Assembly (NCBI GenBank): GCA_030704615.1 | Contig: CM060731.1 | Coordinates: 18,848,001 to 18,912,000 of the forward strand | Source of the DNA: Takakia lepidozioides | Taxonomy: Eukaryota; Plantae; Bryophyta | Length of the DNA: 64,000 nucleotides | Reading direction: 5' to 3' | Shown here: in pieces, positions 1 to 12,129 of the stretch | Layout of the letters: every line of letters begins with the position of its first letter | Numbering within the stretch: the first letter of the stretch is position 1 | Program-made: the position numbers and the translations under genes | Notes under the pieces: model-generated | Database searches by the model: none | What the model was told of the DNA's origin: nothing | What the model saw: only the letters and a program-made list of their open reading frames with translations

Positions 1-3000
1 CCAAAAGGTACAAATGGTGCCAAAACTCTCTGCATCTTTCCTGCTGCACATTTCCAGGCCCTGGGACCCAAACTCACAGCAAAAAGAGCCAGGCTTTTTG
101 CATATGGCTGCTCTGTATGATATCCTGTCTGCAACGAGAGAACATCAACAGATTCAGGCATAGTGATTACTCTCCGCAGAATTGTATTCCAATAAACACC
201 TAGCATTATTACCAAATCAGAATATCCTTGCAGAATATTGGCTCATTCTAATATTGAAACCATGCAACCCCCACCTATGAAGAGGACTCAGGCCCTGTGG
301 ACAGCAACCCTCCCTGAGGAGGTCAGGCACTTTTGGCCCACCAGTGACTATGAGACAGCCCAAATACCTCGGTGGTCATGCACTGTGTGACAGAAATTGA
401 GTGTTGATCACCGAGCTGGCCTTGACATCAAACTACAAAGAATAAGGTTTATCCAGCATCTTGCACTCAATCTTCTTGCAAAAGACGTGACCTGTGTGGC
501 TGCGATTATACAGCCATTTACACTTCTGATAAAGAGCAGTAAGGTCCGTCACTCTTCCCTAGTGTTTCTGCAGCTGCTTATGCTATCAGGATTTCCACCT
601 GTCTGGGTGTCTGCCAATACCATCCAAAGAGAGGGCTGGGAGAGAGGTGGAGTGGTATCATCAAACCAGGATTCACCAACAAAATACCCCATCCTGAGCA
701 GCAGTTCACTGAAATTTGACTACCTTCCCACAAAATGAGAAGAGTACATCGTCAAGTCATTGCAAGCTCAAGCTTACCGGCACAAGATGATGGAACTCTC
801 CACTGACTCCAGCAAGCAGTGGGCCACGGCCATGGGCTGGAAGATTGCGTGGTTTGTAAGAGCTCCTGTGGTACTCCTGAGTCGACAATGGCTTACGTGG
901 GTCCTTCAGTGGAGCTGCCTTTGGTACTGCCCCTGCAACAGAAAAATAGGTACCGTACATGATCCACCTACCGTGCACACAACTGAACCACACCATTACA
1001 TAGAAATGGTATGTAAAGATCCGTGTCAAGTAATAAGGGTAACATTGTTAAGTTTTCAAACAACAAGGAGGGTACGACTTGTGGCTCCTTATCCCCAGAA
1101 TCCCAAGTACTGCTTCTCTAGCCTTCCAACTTGTCTGGGGGAAGTGATGAGAAAATGAGCACTATGATTCAAAAATGTAAATCACCAACGGGGCCCACCC
1201 CCAAAGGGGGCAGTAGCCGTGAGGTGAAGTGGCTTTACTTACGCTGGTTTCGGCCGGAGTCGTCTCTCTAATTCAGCAACAGCAACAGAAAGGTCAAAAC
1301 TCACGAAATGCCTGTTGTGAATCAGTGCGAAGGCCTTTGGATTTGAAGCCACCACCACCACTTGCTGCTGGCACACTCCAAACTGCTTCTGAGTCCCCAC
1401 CCAAATTGCCCAACCGCACCGAAGCAGTCCCTTTCTTGGCACGGCTGACTTCAGCCTTGTTTAACAAGGCTACTTTGTCAGGGTCTGAATCTAAAGTGGC
1501 GCCCGAGGCAAAATCGGAATTTGCGAGCTCAAGTGATGTTTTGACAGTAGCAGCATTCTTTGAAGCTTTCTTCAAATAAGGCAGTTTTTTGTTCGACGTA
1601 TGTTTGCCACTATCTGGCCCTCCTTTCTGTGATACAATTACATCCAATGCCTTGCGAGCTGCATCTTGAATGGACCGTGCCTGAACAAAATCCCATTGTC
1701 AATGTTACTTGTTTCCAGCAAACGCCTTTAACTTCACAAAGAATGTTAGGTCATTAGACATCCATATTTTCTCCTGTTCTTATCACAAGCGGTTCTTCTT
1801 TTGCCTTGGCGACTTGAGAAGGGAAACTTGAGCTGTTATATGTAGTGAATATATTGTCAAGTTCCTAAGCAAATGTTGGGAGGGATGCAAAAGTTATTGA
1901 CATTGAATTTTCATGCAAACTGTTCAAGCTCCTCAACAATGCTGAAACTCAAAAGTAATAGAATCAGATCCTACCTCACTTCTTTAATGCAACATAATAC
2001 AAAGAAAATCTACAAAGAAAGAAGAAGCTTAAATAAACATTTTGCAACAGAAAAATGCCCCTGCTATGGGTGGGAAAGAAACCCACGCACCTGTTTGTAA
2101 TAGATGGTGTCAGGGCCATTGTAACGCATGGCATTGCTGCAGATAAGCATAATGTCCTTCTGCACAGACACACTTCAGACAGCATGGAGGTCTTGCAATC
2201 TTCCTAAGCAAGTTGGGTAGGGAGGGACAAGATAGGAAAATAAAAACTGACTAAATTCTCTTTATGCCACATCACGAGGAATGAAATAAAGAGATTGTAC
2301 TCATAAGACGTTGTTTGCCGTAGCCTAATGAAATAAAGAGAAAGTGACTTTGAGTTTGTCAAACATGGCTACAAAACCATATCAGCTACATTGCACCAGA
2401 TAGAGGTCCTACAAAGTCCCAAAACTTCCATTCCATATAACCTTGAATAAAGAAATGCACAGCTCACATGATCTGAGCCCACGTGAAAAGGGGTAATCAA
2501 CATGAGTGTGACTTATCAACTTGTCACCAGATTGCAGCATGCAACCTCACAATCAGATGCAAATCTAGACACAGATGTGACATGAGTAAGGCAGTTCTTA
2601 GAAAGAAGATTACAGACGGCCACTTGAGAACCACACTGAAAGGCATCAAATATTCATATCCTTGCTAACCAGCTAATGGCCCAATTCAAATAGATGCCAA
2701 AGCATTGGGGGCCTGGAAGATACCTCAAAAAGATTCAATGTGGTATAAATTCCATCGCTTATCTTATTGTACATTGTGCCGAAGTCCATGGGCACTTTGA
2801 TGACGTCATAGTAATCTGGAACCTATCATACACCCATAACTATTCACAAGAAAGAATAATTGCAGTAGATTTTGGGCCAGCCCTGCTTCTTCTTCCAATC
2901 TAACAGATTCTTCAGCTGCAAAGATTTGCAATTAACACAGATGACCCAGCCAGAACCCAATATAAACAATGGGTTCAATGACCACAGCAATCAGTAAGTC

Positions 3001-4738
3001 CAGACATTATTTCAGATCTTGCGACGGTAGCTTTTAGCACATGTAGGACTGAAAATGTGCATTGCACACTCCCCCAAGGAAATGACAGCAGTTGTATGAC
3101 AACTGAGGCATCAAAGACAGGTCGATCCTTCATCTAGAAGTTCAATATTATAATGGCAGATCCAACAAAGTGTGGCAATGATCGCAACATTTTGAATACA
3201 TTCATGAGTGGGAGAAGGGAGACATACAAGTCGAGAATCCACCGGTTCAGAGAATACTCCATACGTGTCCTTCCTGAAATTGCAAATCCATACACCTATC
3301 AGAAGTACAAAACCCACAAACATACAAGTGTTGAGATTGCCATAACACGCAGCAAGAAATAGACACTGCAAACTAATCTCAATTGATCTCCATTGCTCCT
3401 TAGAGCAAGACAAGACTGAGATACACCAAACACATTCAGGTTAGGAGCCCCATAGTCAAAAGCCCAAATGCAAAGCTGCAACAGACAGCATGCCCTCTCA
3501 TAGAAGGTTCTTAGTTCTTACATTTTCAACTTCTCAAGAACCCCTTCAAGTATCTGCCTTGAAGGTGGTGGTATGGGATCTCGTACATGCATGGATTGCA
3601 CTGCAGATAGACAACACAAACATAGGCCATTAGCATCTACCACTCATCTTTGCAGACTTTAAACTTGACCATCGATACAACAGAAAGGATAGATGAAGAA
3701 CCTGATGCAAAATTGGACATGGGTGCTGCTTCCTCCTGATTGGCACCAGTCATCTCCTTCTGAAACAGAAACCAGATTATGCATACAGTCATATTGATCT
3801 GGAGTACAGAATTCCACACTTCCACCTTGACATACTGCAGTGTGTACCAGCTATTACCTTATAGAACCTAATCAGATAGCTGTGGGAGTACTTTTACTAT
3901 GTCAACCAGAGTTTTACTCACTTTAAGACATGTTCAACGAAAAGTGGCAGAGCACTTGTCCCCAACAGACTGTAGGCCCAAACCCAATAAGAAAAGGATT
4001 CACACTTCACACAGGCTCTGAGGTCCACTCGAATGATAAAAGTCAAACCAAAAGCAAATTGTGGTGGCATAATTCTTTTTCCTCTCATGACAGAAGCGAC
4101 ACTTATGTGAAGCAGGATTCACCGTGCTGCTACATAGAACATCATTGGCAGATGTGATCGTTCTTAAGGTATCCAATCACGCCGGGAAAGCGGTTGAGTA
4201 GGAAGGAGATTGTAACATGCACTAAAATCGATCGAACAACCTAACACCACAGACACCAACTTGCATAACATCTGTGCCTATCATGATACAAATGTCAATA
4301 TCGCTAGCCTCTTGAGCTCCCAAGTGAGAGATGTGTCCTTTGTACCTACTAATACAATTGACCGCAGCAGTCAGGTCTCAAACTCACCTTGTACAAAGGT
4401 TTCTTCACGAGCGGGGGCAGAGATACCCGAACCCGAAGCGGACCAGATGCCTGACTTCCAACCGCTGCTCGAGTAGATGACACTGCAACCCCATCCTTCA
4501 CAGCTACTCCCACAGCATGACTCTCCACGAGAGCCTTGAACTTGCGCTTCTTAGGGGGCGTGGGCAGCCGATTGCTGTCATCCGAAGCGCCCACATGCGA
4601 GGCCGGCTTCTGAGACATGGAAGGACATGGTTGGGCCTGTACATTTTGTAGTGCCACAGACGATAGCGAGGTGTGTGCAGCAGACACGGGCTTGGGCAAC
4701 TTGAGAACGACCTTAAGCTTCCTGTCTTTGTCCGCCAT
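1..4738 (-). CDS. Multi-exon bromodomain-containing protein (plant BRD1/BRD2/BRD13-like); 3' end runs off the window
   Basis: ATG at 4738 (MADKDRKLKVVLKLPK). Minus-strand exons give bromodomain motifs KDTYGVFSEPVD (~3270-3235), PDYYDVIKVPMDFGTMYNKISDGIYTTLNLFE (~2820-2725) and DIMLICSNAMRYNGPDTIYYKQ (~2158-2090). Downstream exons at 1790-1300 and 935-778, then YEQPYAKSLALFAVSLGPRAWKCA (~118-45), the family's YARSLARFA-LGP-AW motif. Confidence 0.85.
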
Positions 4739-6285
4739 CGCCGACCCACCTGCCCCAGCTACCCCCACCCTTTCTCTTACCAATTTACTGTGGCGCCATT
4801 TATTTGCAAAGGAGCGATTCAGGTCGTTCCAATGCAAAGATCAATCCCACAACCCCAATGACAGAGTTTATATCGGTTCCCGATGTACTTTTACCCAAAA
4901 GAAAAAGGCGGTATTGGTTGACCAATGTGCTCTCGGACCACCTGTAGGTAATGCAGGCCTTTAATGCAAGAATGTAGCTGAAAAACAATAGACGTATCCA
5001 GCAATCCGGGGAAGGGCTTGCAAGATTGGAAGAAGGTGGATGGAGCGGTGAAATCCTGTCCAACAGGTGGAGACCCACCACAATGGTTTTGATTGTGCCA
5101 AAGCTGCATAGTGAAAATCGACATAAAGTTAAGGTTTGCTTAACGTCCAGCGGATTAGGACAGATACAGAGCTTAACCCTGCTTCTACTTACAGTGGCTT
5201 CTCCTCCCTTTCCCCAAATGCAAGAGCAATGTACCACATTGTACACTCTGGGCGCCCAGAGACACGGTGCCGGTAATAATGGGCGTGTTTGGGCAACATG
5301 CCAGCAATTATTATGCGGGGCGAAGTGGGTGAGCCTCCGATTGAAAATCTGGAGCGGTGAAATCAGCTAGTGGGTCTCCTTTCCTGTCATGTTGGTCAAA
5401 GTGGTGGATCTGGTTTTGGAGAAAGGGAATGGTGACCACCCATGCTGATCTCTTGCAAACTTTGCATTGTTTGGGAGAGACTGCCCTCCGACATTGCAGC
5501 GATTAATAGCTCTGGAATCCTGACCTAAATCTGAGGGCAATCCGACATTTTGAAGGCGAGTGATGAGGAGGTTTGGGTGTTCTTTTTCGTAGTCAATCCC
5601 ACCTGCGTTTTACTGTTGACTTTTGGGTCCGCGCCTCTGTATATTCGCAAACTTGCAGTTGTTGACAGCAACATTGTGAGAAGGATGCATCATCCGAAGG
5701 ACTGAAAGCTGACCTCAACCCAGCAAAAATGTCAAATGATCGTCAAACGTTCCAAGAACACCAATCCAGATCTGAGTCACACTCCTCTGTCCCGAATTAT
5801 ATGGGCAATTTCACCTCTTTGCAAGGCATTGTGGGTTTTCCAATGGATGAGTAGATGCACAGATCTGTAGCTTCGTCTCGTATAGATTTTTGTGTCGAGT
5901 AGCTCATTTGAATGCAAATTGATTTTGCTGGAGACCAGGGTTGAAATAACCTTTAAATGAGGCACGAGTCGTACAGTAGTGTCGGATGACGATCACACGG
6001 AACAAAGGAGAGATGTGTTTGTAGAGATTCAGAAAATGTCACGCCGAGTACCAAAGTGAGGTTCTTCTAAGTCAATCAAAAAAATTCTATCAAACATGAG
6101 ATATCTCGGGCAGGTTGAGATGGAATGGCGAATTGGGCTTGACACACTGCAATTGCAATGAGCAGAAGGGTGTTATAAAACGAGGAAGACTATGCCTACT
6201 TATTTCTGCACACGTCTGTGAGGAGGAAAGACCAGAAAAATGGTTTGACCATTTTGGTGAGAAGTCAGGGATAGCTCCTCTCAGA

Positions 6286-9200
6286 ATGCAGGAAGAAATA
6301 GCTTCGCTTGCCAGTAGTCCTGCTGCATTCATATCAGACCCAACTGCTGCTGAGATACTCCATAGAATGGATGTACCTGTCAATGAAGCGGCAGGTGTGG
6401 GGGAGCTTGAGACAGATACAATTGACAAGCTGTCTGTTAGAAGATCATCAGCAGGGGATCGGAGAGTGGAGGGTCTACATAGATCTGGTGAAGAGGGGGA
6501 CCAAGAATGTGGTTCCATTTTAAGGGAAAGGACAGGGGAGGGATGGAGAGATTTGACAAACAGCCATGAAGCTGAAGGTGTTCATGGGTTACGGAAGCTG
6601 GATTCTGAACCTAAAACCCCAGTTGTTCATGGCGATCTGAGAGAAAGAGGTGCAGGTCTAGTTTCAGACGATGACATTGAATCAGGAGGTTCGACACCAA
6701 AGAGAAGGTTTGGGACATTTAGGACTAGAGCCAATGGCCTGTCCTGTATGGAAAATGGGGTAGAGGGATCTTTCAAGGAGATCCCACTCAAGGGTGCACT
6801 TGATTTATCACCCCCTGAAAGGGATGCCAAAGAGCATCGCATGGAGTCCATGGACGAGGAGTTCGCAGTAGGAGGGGAACATTTGTCAGCTGAAATAAGA
6901 CCCATGACTCTAACCATCCTCAAGACCCTCTTTTATGTTTTGGTTTGGTACCTTTTCAGCACTCTCCTTACATTGTAAGTTTTTATTCATCCGGTGCCCT
7001 CATTCTACAGATTTCTCTTTCTTTCCTTGGGGTGGAAAAGTTCTCTATTATCTTTGTCATGGAGGTTTCCGAGTTGGTTCTCGTCTTGAATGGAAATAGT
7101 TCTGTGAGTTGGCATTGAATGCTTGTCCATTTCATTTTTTATAACAAAAGCGAGCAGGAGATGGATTTATTCTTGGACTGTCTCCTTGAGAATGTTTGGA
7201 TGGCATGTCCCGACAGAAATAATGCTCAGGGAGAAACAATGTGTTTTGTCGGACTTCATGAACTGACAGGTATAACAAGAGATTACTGGGAAAGAAGTTA
7301 GGCAATTTTCCAGCTCCTCTGTTGATGAACACAATCCATTTCTCCATGCAAGGCATCATATCGACTCTTTTAGTTCGCTTTTGGTGGAAAACACCCATTC
7401 GGATGACATGGAGAGACTATTTCTCAAGAGGTAAATTGTGTCTACATTGGCCTTTTAACCTGGCGTAGTTTCTGTAAAATCAACTAAGCTCTAGACGAAT
7501 ACCTCCATGTGAATGCAGCTTGCAGTTCTCTTTGTGTGTCTTTTCTATTTTTAGAAGATAGTTTTATTGAACCTTAGAAAGGTCGTTACTGAGAAGCCAC
7601 TTTTATCTGTTTGTTACAGTTGTTCCAACAGCAGGGGCAACAGCACTGGATATTGATCTTAGCAATATATCCCTTGTCTTTATCTCTGTGACTTTTTCTA
7701 CCATGGTGAGTGCCTTTTTTCACAGGACATGCAATTTTTCTACGAGCTGAGATTATTGTTGCAAGTAGTCACTAAGATGAAGCCTGGAAGAATTTGTCTG
7801 GATGTGGTTGATATAAGTACATATTATGGTGCAATTGATGGTACCCCCTCTATATGTTGACAAAGGGGTTGAGGTGGGGGGGGGGGGGAACAGGGTGGAA
7901 GACCATGCGGGTTTGGTTGAGTGCTGATTGCTTTAGATTTGTATTTGACTTGTAGCTGACTCTCATGGTATTTCTGGTGCAGTGCAAATCGGGAGCGCCA
8001 GTCTTTCTGCTCCTGTTTGCTTTCGCCTTCAAGTGGGTCACCCCTCAGACACTAGTCAATACCTTCATATAAGTGAACTACCATCTTCAAATTCATCTAT
8101 GCGAAGTCTGCTCTTGTTGATTGATCTGCACAGCTGCTTGCTCACTTTCTTTCCGTAATTCTCTTACTATAGTTTGCTAGAGGAACAAGCTACAGGAATA
8201 CACCCATGTACATATACCCCGTAGAAGCATATGATGTAAAGGTTTTAAGCTACCTGATATTGTTCAGATGTGCCACAGACTGAAGGTTCCCAGTTTCGAG
8301 GTGCTAGGCAGTATTGTAATCATTGTTCAGTTACCTGATGGTGCTCATCTGTGGCACAGACTGGAGGTGCCCAGTTTCAAGCTGTTGGCCATTATTGTGA
8401 TCATTTCCCTTGGAGTGATGTTGACAGGTATTTATTGCTCCTTTTCGTGTTGTTGCTGACATGCTGACACCTCCAGGGCAATGCATTTTCAGTTTGGATT
8501 GGAACAAAAGAGAAAAAGGAAGGAAGGTATGTAAGGCTCTGCTAAATTGGATTTTTTCTAGTGTTGCAGCCGTTGATGAATTTCACCAATCAAGACTTTC
8601 AGAAAAGGTGGCAAAAGATACGGAGTTTGAGCTTTGGGGCTTCATTCTGGTGATGCTGGCAGCAGTTATGTCTGGTTTCCGGTGGACTGTGACCCAGATT
8701 CTTCTGCAGGTACACTCCTATGTGAGGTTTCCAGAGACAACCCTTGCTATTTACCAAGGTAGGGAAAATTTGACAGATGTTTGTTAGTTTGTTATTGTTT
8801 TTCTTTCCCACTTCCTATAGTAAAATTCTTTCTTCTTTCTTTTCTGTTGGAAGTGTAAGAGGTAGCAAAACCTGTCTCTCTCACCCAACCCTTATATTTT
8901 GCAGCCTCAAAGATACACCAAGTTGACTTTGCAACCTAATCTTAAGTGGTCCCCACTCAGGAAAGCCACAAGTGCAATGTATCTAATAAGTGTCAAAATG
9001 TGTCGTCATGAGTCAATGTACCATCTTTTGCTATCACACAGTGAACAGGTGATTTTTTTCAACCAAGGCCTGAAGCTCTGTCTCTCCTTTTTACCGATGC
9101 CGTAGTCACTGGCATCTTGTTTCTGTTTTCCATTTTCTTTGGCATTGTCCTTAAGTTGTTGAATCATTACTTAGGCTAAATTAAGTTCTGTTTTCTGGTG

Positions 9201-10903
9201 GTTTGAATGGCTTTGTGCTTCTGCAAATGGGTGCGATAATATACAGAAAGAAGAATATGGTATGCCTTTCCCTTCCCTTGTATTCAATGCATAAATCCCT
9301 AACTTCAATCCCCAGGAATGCTTGAGCATAATTAGGGTGGAAATTTTAAGGCTGGAACAGGATTACTGCAGTACCCAACTACACATTACATGTAAAAGTG
9401 CCAGTAATGTTAGCATTTGATGCTTCCTTCTTAAAATGTTCATCCACACAAAATTTGACACGCCGATGAGAGTCTCAGATTTTTGTAGTCATTTGTTGAT
9501 CTGCATGGGGTTGGAGCAGGCTTGAACAACCCATTTGCAGCAATGGCCTATCTTACGCCTGTGATGGCTGGCATCACTCTGGCGTTCTCCTTCGCAACAG
9601 AGCCATGGGACAAATTTGGTCAGACCTCTTATTTCGACACTTCTCAGCATGTGTTTGACAGCTGTGCACTCATGCTGCTGGGAGGTACAATCGCTTTCTT
9701 CATGGTATGTCTAATCGGCCCTACGTTTGAAATCCTTTCCTGTCCTCTGTCCATTCCAATGGAAGTGCATACTGACTGATCGCTTCAGATTGAAATTTGA
9801 TAGATATCAATGTGACATAAAGCCTGATTTTTGCTTTCTTTCGGTCTGGGGAGACTTTTAGGTGATGACTGAATATCTGCTCGTATTGGCGACAAGTGCA
9901 GTCACATTGACCGTGGCAGGTGTGATAAAGGAGGTTGTCACCATTGTGGTAAGCAATCTAGTTGCCTCTGCAACTATAAAAAAAGTATGTGTAGGTACAG
10001 GCATAGTGATTAACTGCTGTGAATGTGAGCCATAACCTTTCCATATCCCCTGCTAGATGCTGATCCTCCTGGACCTGGTTGCATGCAATTCCCCACTGGA
10101 TTAAATTTCCATGGCATGTGGGTAAAGAAGGGGGACTTGAGTTGTGTTTTAACAGTAGCATGAAACGTCAATCATCAGCAATGGTTGCTTGATCTGCTAC
10201 TTGACTTTAGACACCCATAACTATGACCAAGCATCCTTCTGTGCAGGTGGATGTATTGTACTTTAATAGTCCGTTCGAAGTGTGGAAGGGGGTTGGGCTT
10301 GTCGTGATCATCTTTGGTGTCAGCCTCTTCAATTGGTTCAAGTATGTGTCCTCTTAACTTTGATCATAACATAGTTGTAACCAGACCGGGGGATAAGTTC
10401 AGTTCCAATTGAGCGTTGGTTTAAATGATACTGCCGTAGCACCTTTTATTCTGGTTCACTTTTTGCAGGAGTGATGGCTGGGGTCACATAGCTGGGAGCC
10501 TCTACCTAGAAACTCCAGCAGCTACTGGCTTCGTGCTTGCCAACTCAGCTCAATCTCAGACACAGTTATTGAATATGGGGGTTGTGTGGGAGGTGTATGG
10601 GTTGTGTTATCATTTGTCTTGCTTGTTGGAATCCCCATTTTCTATTTTCACTTGGGAGTTGATTGAGTACGTAGTACCTAGTTATCATCATAGTGAGCCT
10701 GTCTGTACCTTGGGTGTCACTAGTTTACAGCCAGGATGTATTGGCTCGAGTGCAGGTACCAAAAACTCGTAGAGGGAAAGCTGAGCAACCATCATGGAGC
10801 AACCCATCAAGAGGGTGATCGAAGTTCACTTAAATACATGCCTCTGGAGGATGAGATTGTTGTATTTAAGCTTGAGGATGAGTCAGACCAACACAATTTA
10901 TAA
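6286..10903 (+). CDS. Triose-phosphate/nucleotide-sugar transporter family protein (At1g06470/SLC35C2-like), about 11 exons, long acidic N-terminal extension
   Basis: GT-AG exons read TILKTLFYVLVWYLFSTLLTL / YNKRLLG..FPAPLLMNTIHFSMQ / VPTAGATALDIDLSNISL / CKSGAPVFLLLFAF / LEVPSFKLL / GFRWTVTQILLQ / KEEYG / LNNP..YLTPVMA / TEYLLVLATSAVTLTVAGVIKEVVTI / GVSLFNWFK / YQKL. Stop TAA at 10901-10903. Start codon uncertain. Confidence 0.9.
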
Positions 10904-12129
10904 TGTTTACTGCCAGTTGGGCAGTGTCACAGGACACATTCCAATGCTTGATGTTACAGTCCTCAATAGTTGAAGGGTAAGAGGATTCCTTAGAAAATTT
11001 TCCGTGTGCTCTGTTTTGTATTTCGATGGAGAGTGATTATGAATAGATACATGGGTTGGTACATTCTTTTGCTTGTAATTTCTTTCCTGGGTTATGGTTG
11101 TGCTTAAACTTTCCCAAACCTGTGCAATCATATATGAGCAGCGTCCAGGTGGGGTGCCGCATGGCATGGCCCAAATGAGGGAAGAATGCATTTCAACTGT
11201 TGAAAATCACTAGGTTTTCAGAATCCATGGATGGCCGTGTGGAGTCACACTCGTATTTGCTTGATATGTCTAGGTGACAGTATATTGCCATATTCTGTGC
11301 ACCTTCGATTTTGAAAAGAAAATCAGGACCAACAGTGGTTTCCATGTGGTCCTGCCTTATCAGTCGTGACCTACTATAACCCGTACGGGTTTGTGAATCT
11401 GACTAAAGAGACATATTAGAGATCACAAATTGCTGTACTGGTTGCAATTCGATGTATATGCAGGGTCTGGATGCAAGGATTCAACATTTCAGAGGGAGAG
11501 GGTCCACATGCAGCCAAATTGAAATTGGAAACTTCCTATGAAAGGCATGCGTGCTCTATATTCTATAGCTTAAACTATTATACACTAAAGCGTATATTGA
11601 TGAGAGCTGCAAGGAGATCGGAAGTGGAAACTTGTTTGAAAGTTGGTCATTGAGCAGTGTCTGAAATGTACCTATATCTCTCCTGTACATGACGTCTCTC
11701 TTCCTGTTTTGATAGGTTACTGATATCCTACAGGATGACAGCTTTGGAGCTTGATCAGACCTGCCTATTCATGGGCTGAAGCTCAATGTGTCAAAAAGGG
11801 GATGCAGATTTACACCTGTGAGGTTGAGCAAGGAATATACAAGAATGACAGTCAGACTGAGTGTTAATTGCTTCCCCTCTCCAAATCGACTAGACATGCA
11901 ATGAGCACTGAACACTCCATGTCATGGCAAGCTGGCACAGCCTTTGAGCTACAGTCATGGACTTCACTACAGTGAATCTCTTGTAGCTCTTTGTTTCAGT
12001 TACTTTTATTGTCTATTTGTCTAGCTCCTGCCTCTCAAAAAGAGGGACAGTGCCATCCCAAGCCAATATTAAAAATAGCCTCCTTTTGTCTGATAAAGGT
12101 ACTGTCCCCTTTTGAGGGTCTCCTCCCAC

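Noticed and set aside
8568-8612. Apparent loss of the splice acceptor before VAKDTEF in the transporter
   Set aside because: An in-frame acceptor tttcAG at 8601-8602 restores the frame with only two extra residues.
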